Origin: Hydrurus foetidus
Taxonomy: Eukaryota
DNA length: 64,000 bases
Assembly (NCBI GenBank): GCA_900617105.1
Contig: UYFQ01000001.1
Span: 3,348,001 to 3,412,000, forward strand
Direction: 5' to 3'
The translations under genes were made by a program, and so were the position numbers. Below the pieces are notes generated by a model. It was not told the origin of the DNA. It was given only the letters and a program-made list of their open reading frames with translations, and searched no databases. Below are positions 11,735-21,954 of this stretch, in pieces. How positions within the stretch are numbered: position 1 is the stretch's first letter; each line of letters opens with the position of its first letter.

Positions 11735-12724
11735 ATGCAGACTAATTTACTGAAACCTAAAACTATTAATGTTGAGCAGCTTAGCGCGAATCGCGCGAAA
11801 GTTACTTTAGAGCCTTTCGAGCGGGGCTACGGCCACACTTTGGGCAACGCTTTGCGTCGCGTTCTGTTGTCTTCAATGGTGGGACACGCCGCTACGGAAG
11901 TGACCATCGCAGGCGTTCTACACGAATATTCGTCAATCGACGGCGTGCAAGAAGATGTCGTCAACATTCTGTTGAATTTGAAGGGTGTAGTTTTCAAGCT
12001 GCACAATCGTGATGAAGTCACGCTTAGCTTGCGCAAGGACGGCACTGGGCCCGTCACTGCCGCTGATATCCAAACTCCGCACGACGTTGAAATTGTGAAC
12101 CCAGAGCACCTGATTGTTAACTTGTCGCACGGCGGCAAAATTGACATGCAAATTAAAGTGGAAAACGGTCGCGGCTACGTCCCTGGCAACGTTAGACGCT
12201 ACGGCGACGAGTCTACCAAGTCGATTGGTCGTATTGTGTTGGATGCGTCGTTTTCGCCGGTCAAGCGCGTAAGTTATACCGTTGAAAGTGCTCGCGTCGA
12301 GCAGCGTACTGACTTGGACAAGCTTGTGCTGGAAATCGAGACGAACGGTGCTGTTACTGCAGAGGACGCAGTAAGAGCGTCTGCGAAAATCCTGGTTGAG
12401 CAGCTTGCTGTGTTCGCGCAACTTGAAGGAAATGAGTTGCCTGACTTCAGCGCGGCAGTTGCTCGCAGCTCGCAGCAATTTGATCCGATTTTGTTGCGCC
12501 CGGTCGATGAACTTGAACTTACCGTTCGCTCCGCAAACTGCCTGAAAGCTGAAAACATCTATTACATCGGCGATCTCATTCAGCGTAGTGAAAATGAGCT
12601 GCTGAAGACTCCAAATTTAGGACGCAAGTCACTGAACGAGATCAAAGAAGTTCTAGCATCCCGCGGCCTCACCTTGGGTATGCGGCTAGAAAGCTGGCCT
12701 CCGGCCGGCCTAGATAAACACTAA
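11735..12724 (+). CDS. rpoA: RNA polymerase subunit alpha
   Basis: [33 protein letters not shown]. Confidence 0.99.
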   Translation: MQTNLLKPKTINVEQLSANRAKVTLEPFERGYGHTLGNALRRVLLSSMVGHAATEVTIAGVLHEYSSIDGVQEDVVNILLNLKGVVFKLHNRDEVTLSLRKDGTGPVTAADIQTPHDVEIVNPEHLIVNLSHGGKIDMQIKVENGRGYVPGNVRRYGDESTKSIGRIVLDASFSPVKRVSYTVESARVEQRTDLDKLVLEIETNGAVTAEDAVRASAKILVEQLAVFAQLEGNELPDFSAAVARSSQQFDPILLRPVDELELTVRSANCLKAENIYYIGDLIQRSENELLKTPNLGRKSLNEIKEVLASRGLTLGMRLESWPPAGLDKH

Positions 12725-12798
12725 AACAACTATTTCATTTAGAAATAGCGCACTGGCAGTACCTGATACGGCTGCCTGAATACTAAAAAGGAAACACC

Positions 12799-13200
12799 AT
12801 GCGACACGGACACGGCCTACGTAAACTTAACCGCACCAGCGAGCACCGCCTCGCCATGTTGCGCAACATGATGAATTCATTGCTGCAGCATGAAGCCATC
12901 AAAACCACTTTGCCCAAAGCAAAAGAACTGCGCAGGGTAGTAGAGCCAATGATTACTTTGGCTAAAACTCCTACCTTGGCGAACAAGCGCTTGGCTTTTG
13001 ATCGTTTGCGCGATCGCGATATGGTTGTCAAGTTGTTCGCAGAACTAGGGCCGCGCTACAAAGCTCGGCCAGGTGGTTACACGCGTATCTTGAAAATGGG
13101 TTTCCGTGTAGGTGATAACGCACCTATGGCACTCGTAGAGTTAGTAGATCGCCCTGAAGTGAGCGACGTTGTTTCGACAGACGCAGCCCAAGCTGAGTAA
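12799..13200 (+). CDS. rplQ: 50S ribosomal protein L17
   Basis: [27 protein letters not shown]. Confidence 0.99.
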   Translation: MRHGHGLRKLNRTSEHRLAMLRNMMNSLLQHEAIKTTLPKAKELRRVVEPMITLAKTPTLANKRLAFDRLRDRDMVVKLFAELGPRYKARPGGYTRILKMGFRVGDNAPMALVELVDRPEVSDVVSTDAAQAE

Positions 13201-13233
13201 TGCGTCTCTGAATAGGTTATAATAGAAAAATAT

Positions 13234-13249
13234 CGCGCGGTGGAGCAGC

Positions 13250-13283
<34 letters not shown>

Positions 13284-13310
13284 TAAGTTCAAATCTTGCC
13301 CGCGCAACCA
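13234..13310 (+). tRNA. tRNA-fMet (CAT), initiator
   Basis: 77-nt cloverleaf; anticodon arm TTGGG-CTCATAA-CCCAA with three G-C pairs; C1:A72 mismatch; TTCAAAT T-loop; encoded CCA; TATAAT at 13218. Confidence 0.97.
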
Positions 13311-13345
13311 ACATCTGGTGAATTTTATTGATTCGTAAACCAGCT

Positions 13346-13374
13346 CAAAACGCCTACGCTCAGTAGGCGTTTTG
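13346..13374 (+). terminator. Rho-independent terminator after tRNA
   Basis: CAAAACGCCTAC-GCTCA-GTAGGCGTTTTG. Confidence 0.85.
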
Positions 13375-13480
13375 CGTTGTAGCTCACTAATAGATTGGCC
13401 AGTAAGGTTGATCAGCAATTCTCAAAGGACGGTTTCGTGGGTGACTCTTTTTGGAAATCGCAAAATATACTTTTCGTACT

Positions 13481-14503
13481 ATGAGTAGCTCTACCGCATT
13501 TCCTTTCTCAGCGATTGTGGGACAAGACGAGATGAAACTCGCTATCTTGATTGCTGCTATTGATCCCGCTATAGGCGGCATATTGGTGTTTGGTGACAGG
13601 GGCACAGGCAAGTCAACTGCAGTGCGTGCGCTAGCCGCGTTGCTACCAAAGATGCGGGCAGTCGTGGGTTGCGCATATAACAGCGCACCAGAAAACCCTT
13701 ACGTTGCTGATGGCGTGTCTCAGGGAAATGCGGGCGTTAAAAGTCATTTGATCCCGGTGCCCGTCGTCGACTTGCCGCTTGGCGCTACCGAAGATCGTGT
13801 CGTAGGGGCACTCGATTTGGAGCGCGCTTTATCGCACGGTGTAAAGGCGTTCGAGCCCGGTTTGCTTGCGCGTGCGAACAGGGGGTTTTTATACATCGAC
13901 GAAGTCAATCTACTTGAAGACCACTTGGTCGATCTATTAATCGACGTCGCGGCCTCTGGTGAAAACGTGGTGGAGCGAGAGGGCTTGAGCATTCGACATC
14001 CAGCCCGATTTGTTTTAGTCGGCAGCGGAAATCCAGAAGAGGGTGAATTACGCCCGCAGTTGCTTGACCGCTTCGGACTCTCGGTGGAAGTAAAAACACC
14101 GACCGATCTGCAGGCGCGGGTTGAGGTTGTGAAGCGTCGAGACGCTTTCGAGCGTGACTCAGTTGCATTCGTCACGCAATGGAAAAAAGAAGATGAAAAA
14201 ATTCGTCGTCGCATTGTGGCTGGCCGAACGCGTTTGAGTGAAGTCAGCATCACGGATGCCGCCCGAGAGCGTGCCGCCCAGCTTTGCATGGCCCTTGGTA
14301 CAGACGGTTTACGTGGTGACCTGACGCTGATGCGTGCGGCGCGCGCGTTGGCGGCTTTACAAGGTGACCAAAGCGTGAATGACGCGCATTTCAAACGCAT
14401 AGCCGCGCCCGCGCTGCGACATCGCCTGCGTCGTAATCCCCTCGATGACTCGGGTTCTACCGCGCGCGTTGATCGTGCGGTGGCTGAGCTGTTTGGCACC
14501 TGA
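13481..14503 (+). CDS. bchI: Magnesium chelatase ATPase subunit I
   Basis: FPFSAIVGQDEMK, Walker A GDRGTGKS, LYIDEVNLL, GNPEEGELRPQLLDRFG, HRLRRNPLD. Confidence 0.95.
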   Translation: MSSSTAFPFSAIVGQDEMKLAILIAAIDPAIGGILVFGDRGTGKSTAVRALAALLPKMRAVVGCAYNSAPENPYVADGVSQGNAGVKSHLIPVPVVDLPLGATEDRVVGALDLERALSHGVKAFEPGLLARANRGFLYIDEVNLLEDHLVDLLIDVAASGENVVEREGLSIRHPARFVLVGSGNPEEGELRPQLLDRFGLSVEVKTPTDLQARVEVVKRRDAFERDSVAFVTQWKKEDEKIRRRIVAGRTRLSEVSITDAARERAAQLCMALGTDGLRGDLTLMRAARALAALQGDQSVNDAHFKRIAAPALRHRLRRNPLDDSGSTARVDRAVAELFGT

Positions 14504-16326
14504 TGAATGTGGTCGCAGCGCTCTTTGCTGTCGACCCGTCCGGTTTAGGAGGCGTTGCGCTTCGCTCTCCAGCAGGCCCTGCACGCGAAGAATGGCTGAC
14601 CTTGCTTGAGAAATTATTGCCCGCCAGTGCGCCAGTGCGGCGAGTTCCTCTCAATATTAACGATGCGGCGCTGTTGGGTGGTCTTGATCTGGGCGCGACC
14701 CTGAGCGCCGGCCGCCCCGTAGCGCAGCAGGGCGTGCTGGCCACTGCTGATGGTGGCGTAGTGCTTCTGGCCATGGCCGAACGGATCGATGTGGGCACTG
14801 CTGCGCGCTTGGCGGCCGTTGTCGATACGCAGCAAGTTTCCGTCGTGCGCGACGGTCTTACCTTTCAGCGTCAGGCGCGTCTGGGTATGGTGGCGCTTGA
14901 CGAGGGCAGGGAGGACGATGAACAGGTAGCCGCATCTCTGGTTGACCGGTTCGCGTTTCTCGTGCAACTGCAGCGTACTGCTGAAGATGATGTGGGGATG
15001 TGGAACCCAGCCGACATTGCCAAGGCACGTCTACTTCTGCCATCGGTGCGCGCTGGCGATGAAGTAGTCGAAGCCCTTTGCGCTGCCGCACTTGCGCTCG
15101 GTATCGACTCCTTGAGGGCGCCACTGCTAGCCCTGAAAGCGGCCCGTTGCGCCGCCGCTTTGGATGGTGAGCGGGATGTTACTAGCCAGCATACCGCGCT
15201 GGCGGCCAGACTTGTTTTAGCTCCACGTGCAACGCGGTTGCCGGAACGTTCGGAGACTGAACCATCAGACGCTCAACATGAAGACAGGGCTGACCAGCCA
15301 GATGATCATCAAGACGCCGCCGATTCGGTTGAATCAGCCCAGCCGCCTGACGATTTGCCCACACAGCAAGCCGCAGAGCACGACAAACGCGATGACCTCG
15401 CGCCGCAAACAGAGCCTGATATCAACACCAGCCAGGCACTTGCCGAAAGCGTGATCGAAGCAGCTCTGGCCGCCATTCCCCCAGGGTTGCTGGCAGCTTT
15501 GAAAGTGGGCCAAACCGCGAAAGCGCGTGCCCAGGTGGCTGGCAGATCCGGTGCTTCGCAAAAAAGCCAGACCCGCGGCAGGCCCCTTGGTGCCAGACGC
15601 GGTGATCCCGTGGCCGGCGCGCGCCTCAATGTGCTGGAAACGCTGCGCGCGGCTGCTCCCTGGCAAAAACTTCGAGAGCGTCAACAGCCCGACCCCAGCC
15701 GAACCAAGCGCATTCACATTCGGCGTGAGGATTTTCACGTCACCCGTTTCAAGCAACTCGGCCAAACTACCACCTTGTTTGTGGTGGACGCGTCGGGCTC
15801 GTCTGCCCTGAACAGACTGGCTGAAGCTAAAGGCGCCGTTGAGCTTTTGCTGGCAGATTGCTATGTTCGCCGCGACCGTGTCGCGGTGCTTGCCTTTCGA
15901 GGTAAAGCAGCGGAGCTGCTGTTGCCGCCCACCCGATCATTGGCGCGCGCCAAGCGTAGTTTGGCTGGTTTACCCGGCGGTGGGGGCACCCCATTGGCAA
16001 CGGCGATTGATGCCGCAAGACAGTTGGCTGACCAAATCAAGCGAAAAGGAGAAACGCCCATTGTTGTCATGCTGACGGACGGGCGTGGCAACATCGCGCG
16101 AGACGGCTCGCCGGGTCGTCAGCGCGCTGGCGATGACGCAGTGGCGGCTGCGCGTCAGCTCAGGTTTGCTGGTGTGACGGCGTTGCTGCTAGATACGTCG
16201 CCTCAACCTCAAACGTCTGCGCAAATGCTGGCTACTGAGATGGGTGCTGCCTACTTGGCGCTGCCCTACGCGGGCGCACACGCGCTGTCCCGCGCTGTGC
16301 AGCTGGCAACTGCCTCGGCACGGTAG
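14503..16326 (+). CDS. bchD: Magnesium chelatase subunit D
   Basis: Degenerate AAA N-terminus, acidic/Pro linker, TLRAAAPWQ, vWA MIDAS VVDASGSS, GGGTPLA; TGATG coupling with bchI. Confidence 0.93.
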   Translation: MNVVAALFAVDPSGLGGVALRSPAGPAREEWLTLLEKLLPASAPVRRVPLNINDAALLGGLDLGATLSAGRPVAQQGVLATADGGVVLLAMAERIDVGTAARLAAVVDTQQVSVVRDGLTFQRQARLGMVALDEGREDDEQVAASLVDRFAFLVQLQRTAEDDVGMWNPADIAKARLLLPSVRAGDEVVEALCAAALALGIDSLRAPLLALKAARCAAALDGERDVTSQHTALAARLVLAPRATRLPERSETEPSDAQHEDRADQPDDHQDAADSVESAQPPDDLPTQQAAEHDKRDDLAPQTEPDINTSQALAESVIEAALAAIPPGLLAALKVGQTAKARAQVAGRSGASQKSQTRGRPLGARRGDPVAGARLNVLETLRAAAPWQKLRERQQPDPSRTKRIHIRREDFHVTRFKQLGQTTTLFVVDASGSSALNRLAEAKGAVELLLADCYVRRDRVAVLAFRGKAAELLLPPTRSLARAKRSLAGLPGGGGTPLATAIDAARQLADQIKRKGETPIVVMLTDGRGNIARDGSPGRQRAGDDAVAAARQLRFAGVTALLLDTSPQPQTSAQMLATEMGAAYLALPYAGAHALSRAVQLATASAR

Positions 16327-16330
16327 CGCA

Positions 16331-17281
16331 ATGGCCCAAAGTCAGTGGACGCCGATTACGCCCAGGCTTCGCTGGGAAACCGATGGTGCAAATTGGCCGC
16401 ACCGTCAGCACAGTCGTTTCGTACATGCTGCAGATCTCCGCTGGCATGTTCAGCAATTTGATTCGACCGCACCTGGCGCACCGATGGCATTGCTGATCCA
16501 TGGCACCGGCGCCTCCACGCACTCTTGGCGCGGCTTGGCCCCTTTACTAGCGCCACACTTTAACGTGCTGGCGGTCGACTTGCCTGGCCATGCGTTCACT
16601 GACATGCCCGCTGGTGGAGCGAGTTCTGCCCAACTGTCGCTGAACGGCATGTCGAGCGCGCTCGGTGAACTGCTGGCCTCGCTAAAGTGCCCGCCTAGCC
16701 TGGTGGTCGCGCATTCTGCCGGCGCGGCCATTGCTGTGCGTATGTGCCTCAGCCAATTGATTGCACCGCACTTGTTGGTCAGCGTGAACGGCGCTTTGTT
16801 ACCGCTTGGCGGACTGGCTGGGCAAGTCTTCTCGCCGGTGGCCAAACTGATGGCAGCTGTACCGTTTGTGCCGCAGTTGTTTTCGTGGAGAGCGGCTGAC
16901 CCCGCGGTATTGCAGAAACTCATTGGCAGCACTGGCTCTAGCCTGGACGCCGTTGGCATGGCACTCTACGGACAGTTGGTGGGCAATCCCGGTCACGCCG
17001 CCGGAGCGCTGGGAATGATGGCCAACTGGGATTTGCCTCAACTTGCTCAAGACTTGCCACGCTTGAAAGCGCCGCTGGCCCTGATAGTCGGCGAACAAGA
17101 CAAAACCGTGTCGCCACGCCAAGCCGCGCGACTACTTGCCCAGTGGCCAGCCACCCGAGCTGATGCAACGCCTCACTTGAGCACCTTGCCCGGCTTGGGG
17201 CACTTGGCGCATGAAGAGCGCCCCGACCTGGTGGCCGCTATTGTGTTGTCGCAGTACCGGCGTGCGACTGCCGCTTGCTGA
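16331..17281 (+). CDS. bchO: Alpha/beta hydrolase, putative Mg-chelatase accessory protein
   Basis: DGANWPHR..SRFV, HGTGASTHSW, AHSAG nucleophile elbow, GHLAHEE; follows bchID. Confidence 0.88.
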   Translation: MAQSQWTPITPRLRWETDGANWPHRQHSRFVHAADLRWHVQQFDSTAPGAPMALLIHGTGASTHSWRGLAPLLAPHFNVLAVDLPGHAFTDMPAGGASSAQLSLNGMSSALGELLASLKCPPSLVVAHSAGAAIAVRMCLSQLIAPHLLVSVNGALLPLGGLAGQVFSPVAKLMAAVPFVPQLFSWRAADPAVLQKLIGSTGSSLDAVGMALYGQLVGNPGHAAGALGMMANWDLPQLAQDLPRLKAPLALIVGEQDKTVSPRQAARLLAQWPATRADATPHLSTLPGLGHLAHEERPDLVAAIVLSQYRRATAAC

Positions 17282-17327
17282 TTAGCTTAAACGGTTGTTT
17301 GGATCTCAGCTGGACAGTTGTTTAGAT

Positions 17328-18056
17328 TCAAGGCACTTTTAACTGCAGCAATTGATCCGCGCCTGGCGGCACCGCTACACGCTTGCCCGGACGGTCCTGC
17401 CAACGGCTAGCTGCGCAGCAAATCGTCCAGCATACCCAAGCAGACCACAGCGCATGGCTTGGGTAGTGAGCGCCCCGCATAATTTGTGTCAGGCTCAGTA
17501 TGGCACCAGCCGTGCAAACCGCCAGAAGGTACCGCCTTGCTCGGTCGGCGTCATAGCTTCTCCACACAAAGTACAGCGTAAAAAAGGCAAATGCGGCACT
17601 GCTGTGGCCGGATGGAAAGCATTGCCCCGGGCCGCCATCGGCCAACCAAAACATCCAGTGCGATACATGACGAGCGGTGCCGCCAAACTCCGCCAAATCC
17701 CATGGGCAACTGGTGTTGCTCGCGTATTTGAGAATATTGATACTGACCACGCAAACCAGCGTAACGCCAAACCAGTAGCGGCGGTGACCGCGATCGAGTC
17801 TGCGCTGATCCAAGGCTGGATTAGAAAAGCGCTGCAACCCAAAAGCCATCCAGGCCTGCCAAGCCAGCACTAACCAAGCGGCAACTCGGCTGAACCGATG
17901 CAACTGCGTAAGCACGGCTGCGCTCCGCCAATCAAAGCCAGTAGCTCCTCCCAACCCGCGCATGATTGCCATGTCCGCATTTGTCGCGTCCCATGCCGCC
18001 AATAAACCTAAGGCGCACGCCGCTATCAATAGATCCCCGTGGCTACTGCGAGTCAT
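17328..18056 (-). CDS. PAP2-family phosphatase
   Basis: SCPWDL..FGG, CFPSGHSS, RGAHYPSH motifs; ATGA overlap with eptA. Confidence 0.88.
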   Translation of the reverse strand: MTRSSHGDLLIAACALGLLAAWDATNADMAIMRGLGGATGFDWRSAAVLTQLHRFSRVAAWLVLAWQAWMAFGLQRFSNPALDQRRLDRGHRRYWFGVTLVCVVSINILKYASNTSCPWDLAEFGGTARHVSHWMFWLADGGPGQCFPSGHSSAAFAFFTLYFVWRSYDADRARRYLLAVCTAGAILSLTQIMRGAHYPSHALWSAWVCWTICCAASRWQDRPGKRVAVPPGADQLLQLKVP

Positions 18057-19756
18057 GGTTTTTTAGCTGCCTGCGCCGTTCGGCAGTTGCTGGCTAAATC
18101 CAGGGTCTGCTCATACAAAGTGGTTTTGATATTTAACAACCCCAGCGTCGTGTGAAACAAATTGTCGTGCGCACTTGGTGCTGCGGCGCGGCGGCTCAAG
18201 CAGGCAATGTCCAGGCCTAGCACTTGCTGCATGCCTTTTGAAAACCACATCACCATGGGCACTTGTGTTTGCTCGTTCGGTGCAATTGCGTACGGCATAC
18301 CGTGCAAAAACAACCCTTTTTCGCCCAGTGATTCCCCATGGTCCGAGACATAAATCACCGCACTGTCAACGCGGCCTGCTTGGCTTTGTAGTTGATTGAT
18401 CAGCTGGGCGAGCACATGGTCGGTGTACAGCAGGGCGTTGTCGTAGGCGTTGACGATTTCTTCGCGCGTGCAGCGCGCCAGGTCGTCGTTTTGGCAAGCT
18501 GGTGCAAATCGCGCGAACTCTGCAGGGTACCGGCGAAAGTACGATGGCCCGTGGTTGCCGAGCATGTGCAGCACCAATAACTGCGTGCCCGTAGCGGCAT
18601 CTAGCCGCGCTTTCAACCCGTCAAGCAGCGCGGCGTCCAGGCAGCGCCCTTGGTTGCACAGCGCTGGCAAGTCCAGCTTGTCGGTGTTGTCGTTAGGCAG
18701 GCCGTCGCACACGCCTTTGCAGCCAGACTGGTTGTCGCGCCAGTGCACCGCCACGCCCGTGCGCGCCACAACGTGCAACAAAGACTCGCTGCCGCGAATG
18801 TCGGTCTCGTTGTAGTTTCGCCGACCAACCGGCGCAAACATGCACGGCACCGACACTTCAGTGTTGGTGCCACAACTGGTGACTTGAGGGAAGTTGGTCA
18901 GACCTTGAGATTGCAGTTGGGCTAAAAGCGGCGTAGTCTGCCGTGCATAGCCACTCAAACCCCAGTTCGCCGTGCGCGCTGTCTCGCCTACTACCAGCAC
19001 CAACAGTTGCGGCTTGGCCCCGGCTGCGGGTTGTGTGCGCGTAGCGTCAAGTCCAATCGCTTGGCGCGGTTTGCCTGCACCGCGCAGGCTCTGCGCACCC
19101 ACGCTGCCTGTAGACCACGCAATGTTGGCCGGTGTGATCAGGTAGCGCACCTCTTTGTGGTTGCGCATTAACGAGGCAAAGCTCTGGAACACCGCCAGTA
19201 CCGCGCCAATCGTCAGTACAAAAGATACAAGCAGCCAGGCCAGCCTGACCACCGTTGCTTTAGCAAGCGGCCGCTTAACAACTTGCACGCGCCACAGCAA
19301 CAGCAGCGGCAACGCCGCGTACAGCAAAAAGTGAACCACCAAGCGCCACGAGACAATTTCGCGCGCCTCGACTACATCGGTACGCAAGATGTTGCGCACC
19401 ATGCTCGGGTCGAAATACACGCCGTACGCTTGCATGTAGTAAGCAGCGCTTGCAGCCACGATCAACAGCACAACCAGCAACGGTTTGATGATCAGGCGGT
19501 GGGCCACCAAACCCATTAAAAAGAACTGCAAGCTGGCTACGCCAACGGCCAGCGCAATCGCAAAGCCCCAAGTACTTGGCGCTGCCAACGAAAATCCCTT
19601 CAGCGCAGTCGTAAAAAAAAGTTGGTTTGCTGACAGCAGCCAAAATACGCTAACCGCGGCTAGCAATTGCTCGGCTGTAAGGTCAACCGAAAAAGGCCGT
19701 GCCCGGCGGTAGGCTGGCGAATTGATTTGCGATGGCGGTAAAGGCGTAGATTGCAT
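18053..19756 (-). CDS. eptA: Lipid A phosphoethanolamine transferase (EptA/MCR family)
   Basis: N-terminal TM domain; VVGETAR, CGTNTEVSVPCMF, GNHGPSY, NAYDN, SDHGESLGE, LHGMPY. Confidence 0.92.
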   Translation of the reverse strand: MQSTPLPPSQINSPAYRRARPFSVDLTAEQLLAAVSVFWLLSANQLFFTTALKGFSLAAPSTWGFAIALAVGVASLQFFLMGLVAHRLIIKPLLVVLLIVAASAAYYMQAYGVYFDPSMVRNILRTDVVEAREIVSWRLVVHFLLYAALPLLLLWRVQVVKRPLAKATVVRLAWLLVSFVLTIGAVLAVFQSFASLMRNHKEVRYLITPANIAWSTGSVGAQSLRGAGKPRQAIGLDATRTQPAAGAKPQLLVLVVGETARTANWGLSGYARQTTPLLAQLQSQGLTNFPQVTSCGTNTEVSVPCMFAPVGRRNYNETDIRGSESLLHVVARTGVAVHWRDNQSGCKGVCDGLPNDNTDKLDLPALCNQGRCLDAALLDGLKARLDAATGTQLLVLHMLGNHGPSYFRRYPAEFARFAPACQNDDLARCTREEIVNAYDNALLYTDHVLAQLINQLQSQAGRVDSAVIYVSDHGESLGEKGLFLHGMPYAIAPNEQTQVPMVMWFSKGMQQVLGLDIACLSRRAAAPSAHDNLFHTTLGLLNIKTTLYEQTLDLASNCRTAQAAKKP

Positions 19757-19778
19757 GCGGTAATTGTCGGCCGCGCGT

Positions 19779-19817
19779 CTGAAGGTTGCCTGAAGTCAAG
19801 CTGAAGCCACGCTGAAG
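19779..19817. promoter_or_regulatory. Four phased direct repeats, PmrA/BasR-box-like operator
   Basis: CTGAAG at 19779, 19790, 19801 and 19812 (11-bp period) between eptA and its response regulator. Confidence 0.75.
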
Positions 19818-19908
19818 CGGCCAATGGCGAAGCGGCTGCCAAGGCGTTTTTCTGTACCATCACCTATGATTCGACAGCGCGCTTTAACTTACGTGCCCCC
19901 ACCACACC

Positions 19909-20601
19909 ATGCGACTGCTGCTGATTGAAGACGACTCCATTTTGGGGGAAGGCCTGCGTGATTTTTTGCGACTAGACAAGCACTTGGTGGATTGGTGCTG
20001 CACTTTGCAAGAAGCGCGCGCGCTAAGCGCCGAGCCCTATGACGCGCTGCTGGTCGACTGGCAATTGCCCGACGGCTCTGGTTTGGGGTGGTTGCAAGCC
20101 AGGCGCGCCTTGGGCGATAACACCCCCGCACTGATACTGACCGCCCGAGACTTGCTGTCTGACCGCATTGAGGGCTTGGACGGCGGCGCCGATGATTACC
20201 TGGTCAAACCGTTTGAGCCTGAAGAGCTGAGCGCTCGTTTGCGCGCTGTGGTTCGCCGCACAGTTTCGCCGGGAGCCGCTTTACTGAAAGTCGGCGACGC
20301 GAGCATTGATTTGGCGGCGCACACTGCCTCGCGCGGGGGCGTGCCAGTTGATCTGACTGCCCGGGAATGGTCGGTGCTGCAAGCGTTGTGTCACCGCGCG
20401 GGACGGGTAGTGATGAAGGCTGACCTTGAACGCCTGACAGTCGGTTTTGATACCAATGTCAGCAGTAACGCTCTTGAAGTTCATGTGTCCAGCCTCAGGC
20501 GCAAGCTGGGCCGCGGCCTGATTGAAACCGTGCGCGGCATGGGGTACCGGCTGGCTGCAGAGTCCCCGCCCGCCAGCGGCAGCGCCGCTGCGCTGCGGTA
20601 A
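19909..20601 (+). CDS. OmpR-family response regulator (PmrA/BasR/QseB-like)
   Basis: LLIEDD, DWQLPD, GADDYLVKPF, winged helix ETVRGMGY. Confidence 0.92.
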   Translation: MRLLLIEDDSILGEGLRDFLRLDKHLVDWCCTLQEARALSAEPYDALLVDWQLPDGSGLGWLQARRALGDNTPALILTARDLLSDRIEGLDGGADDYLVKPFEPEELSARLRAVVRRTVSPGAALLKVGDASIDLAAHTASRGGVPVDLTAREWSVLQALCHRAGRVVMKADLERLTVGFDTNVSSNALEVHVSSLRRKLGRGLIETVRGMGYRLAAESPPASGSAAALR

Positions 20602-20628
20602 CGATATTTTTAGTACTAAGCGCAAGCC

Positions 20629-21954
20629 ATGACCCCCTTACCGTCCATTGCCCGGCGCTTGTTGCGCACCCAACTGCTGTGGTCGGTTGTGTGGACGCTG
20701 GCCATCACTGCGGCGGTGTGGCTGGCCGTGAGCGACGAAGTCCGGGAGCTGCAAGACGAAACCCTGGAAGCCACCGCCCAAATACTGAGCGGCCCCTTGG
20801 CTCAAGCCGCCCCTGTTTTGAAGCCTGTGCCACCGGCGCTGGTTGTGCCGGCACTGACCAGTGCAACGCCGACTTCTACCGAGCAATTTGCCTGGCAGGT
20901 GGTCAAGTACGGCTCGGTTGAAAGTGCCAAAGTGGCCAACGCCTCACCTCGTGCGCCGCCGCAAGCGTTTTACCCAGTGCCCTTGCGCGGCTTCGGCGAT
21001 TCGCCCGGTTGGCGCGTGTTTGGCATGCCACTGGGAAGCGACGGCCGCATGCTTTATGTCGCCCAAGTCAGCGCCGAACGCAGCGAAGCTCTTTTTGAGG
21101 TCGCGCTGGCAGCCGCCTTGGCTTCATTGGCAATTGCGCTGCTGGCGCACTTTTGGTTGCGAGCCCAAACACGGCAAGAGTTGGTACCGCTGCAAAACCT
21201 GGCTAGCCAGCTGGCAAGTTTCGACCCCTTAATGCCAGGTGCCGCACTGGGCACTGCCGAGCGCCAAGAGCTGCAAGTCGTGCACGACGCCATCGACGAG
21301 CTGGGCCAGCGCTTGGCCCGCCGCGTGGCCGCCGAACGCGCCTTCAGCGGCCATGCGGCGCATGCGCTGCGCACGCCGCTGGCGGGTATTGACGCGCAGC
21401 TGGCTGTCGCCCTGCGCGAGTGCCCGCCTGAAATGACGGCGCGGCTGCAGCAAATTCGGGCAGCCAGTGGGAGCCTGCAAAGTGTGGTGGCGTCGCTGTT
21501 ATCGTTGTTTCGCACCGGATCGCCGCTGCAGCGCGAGCCGATTGCCCTGCAAGACTGGCTGACCCGCCTCGCGCCCAAGGGGCTCAGCCTGCACGTCACG
21601 TCCAAACAGCCGTTGTTGGCCGATGCAGATTTATTGTCGGCAGCGCTGCTGAACGTGTTTGACAACGCCCTGCGTGCGGGCGCGAAAAATATTTATGTTT
21701 CGCACCCCAGCGCTCACGTACTGCGCCTGGTTGACGACGGCTCTGGTGCGCTTGAGGCGCGGCGGGTGGCGCTGGTACAGGCCCTGCACAGCCAGCGCTA
21801 CGAAGGCGTCACGGGCCTGGGCCTGATGCTGGCCGACATCGTGGCCCGAGCGCATGGCGGGCGACTTGAACTTGCTGCCGTGGCGTCTGGGTTTGCAGTT
21901 GAATTTCACCTCGCCCCGCCAACTGATGCGCCGTACCCACTGGAGCCAACATGA
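20629..21954 (+). CDS. Sensor histidine kinase (PmrB/QseC-like)
   Basis: Two TM segments, H-box AAHALRTPL, N-box NVFDNA, DDGSG, GLGL. Confidence 0.9.
   Translation: MTPLPSIARRLLRTQLLWSVVWTLAITAAVWLAVSDEVRELQDETLEATAQILSGPLAQAAPVLKPVPPALVVPALTSATPTSTEQFAWQVVKYGSVESAKVANASPRAPPQAFYPVPLRGFGDSPGWRVFGMPLGSDGRMLYVAQVSAERSEALFEVALAAALASLAIALLAHFWLRAQTRQELVPLQNLASQLASFDPLMPGAALGTAERQELQVVHDAIDELGQRLARRVAAERAFSGHAAHALRTPLAGIDAQLAVALRECPPEMTARLQQIRAASGSLQSVVASLLSLFRTGSPLQREPIALQDWLTRLAPKGLSLHVTSKQPLLADADLLSAALLNVFDNALRAGAKNIYVSHPSAHVLRLVDDGSGALEARRVALVQALHSQRYEGVTGLGLMLADIVARAHGGRLELAAVASGFAVEFHLAPPTDAPYPLEPT

Noticed and set aside
13375..13480. PpsR (TGT-N12-ACA) or FNR site upstream of bchI
   Set aside because: No complete match found by eye; only a TTGAT half-site
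14495..14510. Possible programmed frameshift joining bchI and bchD
   Set aside because: The junction is an ordinary TGATG stop/start overlap with no slippery run, and both genes have their own plausible starts
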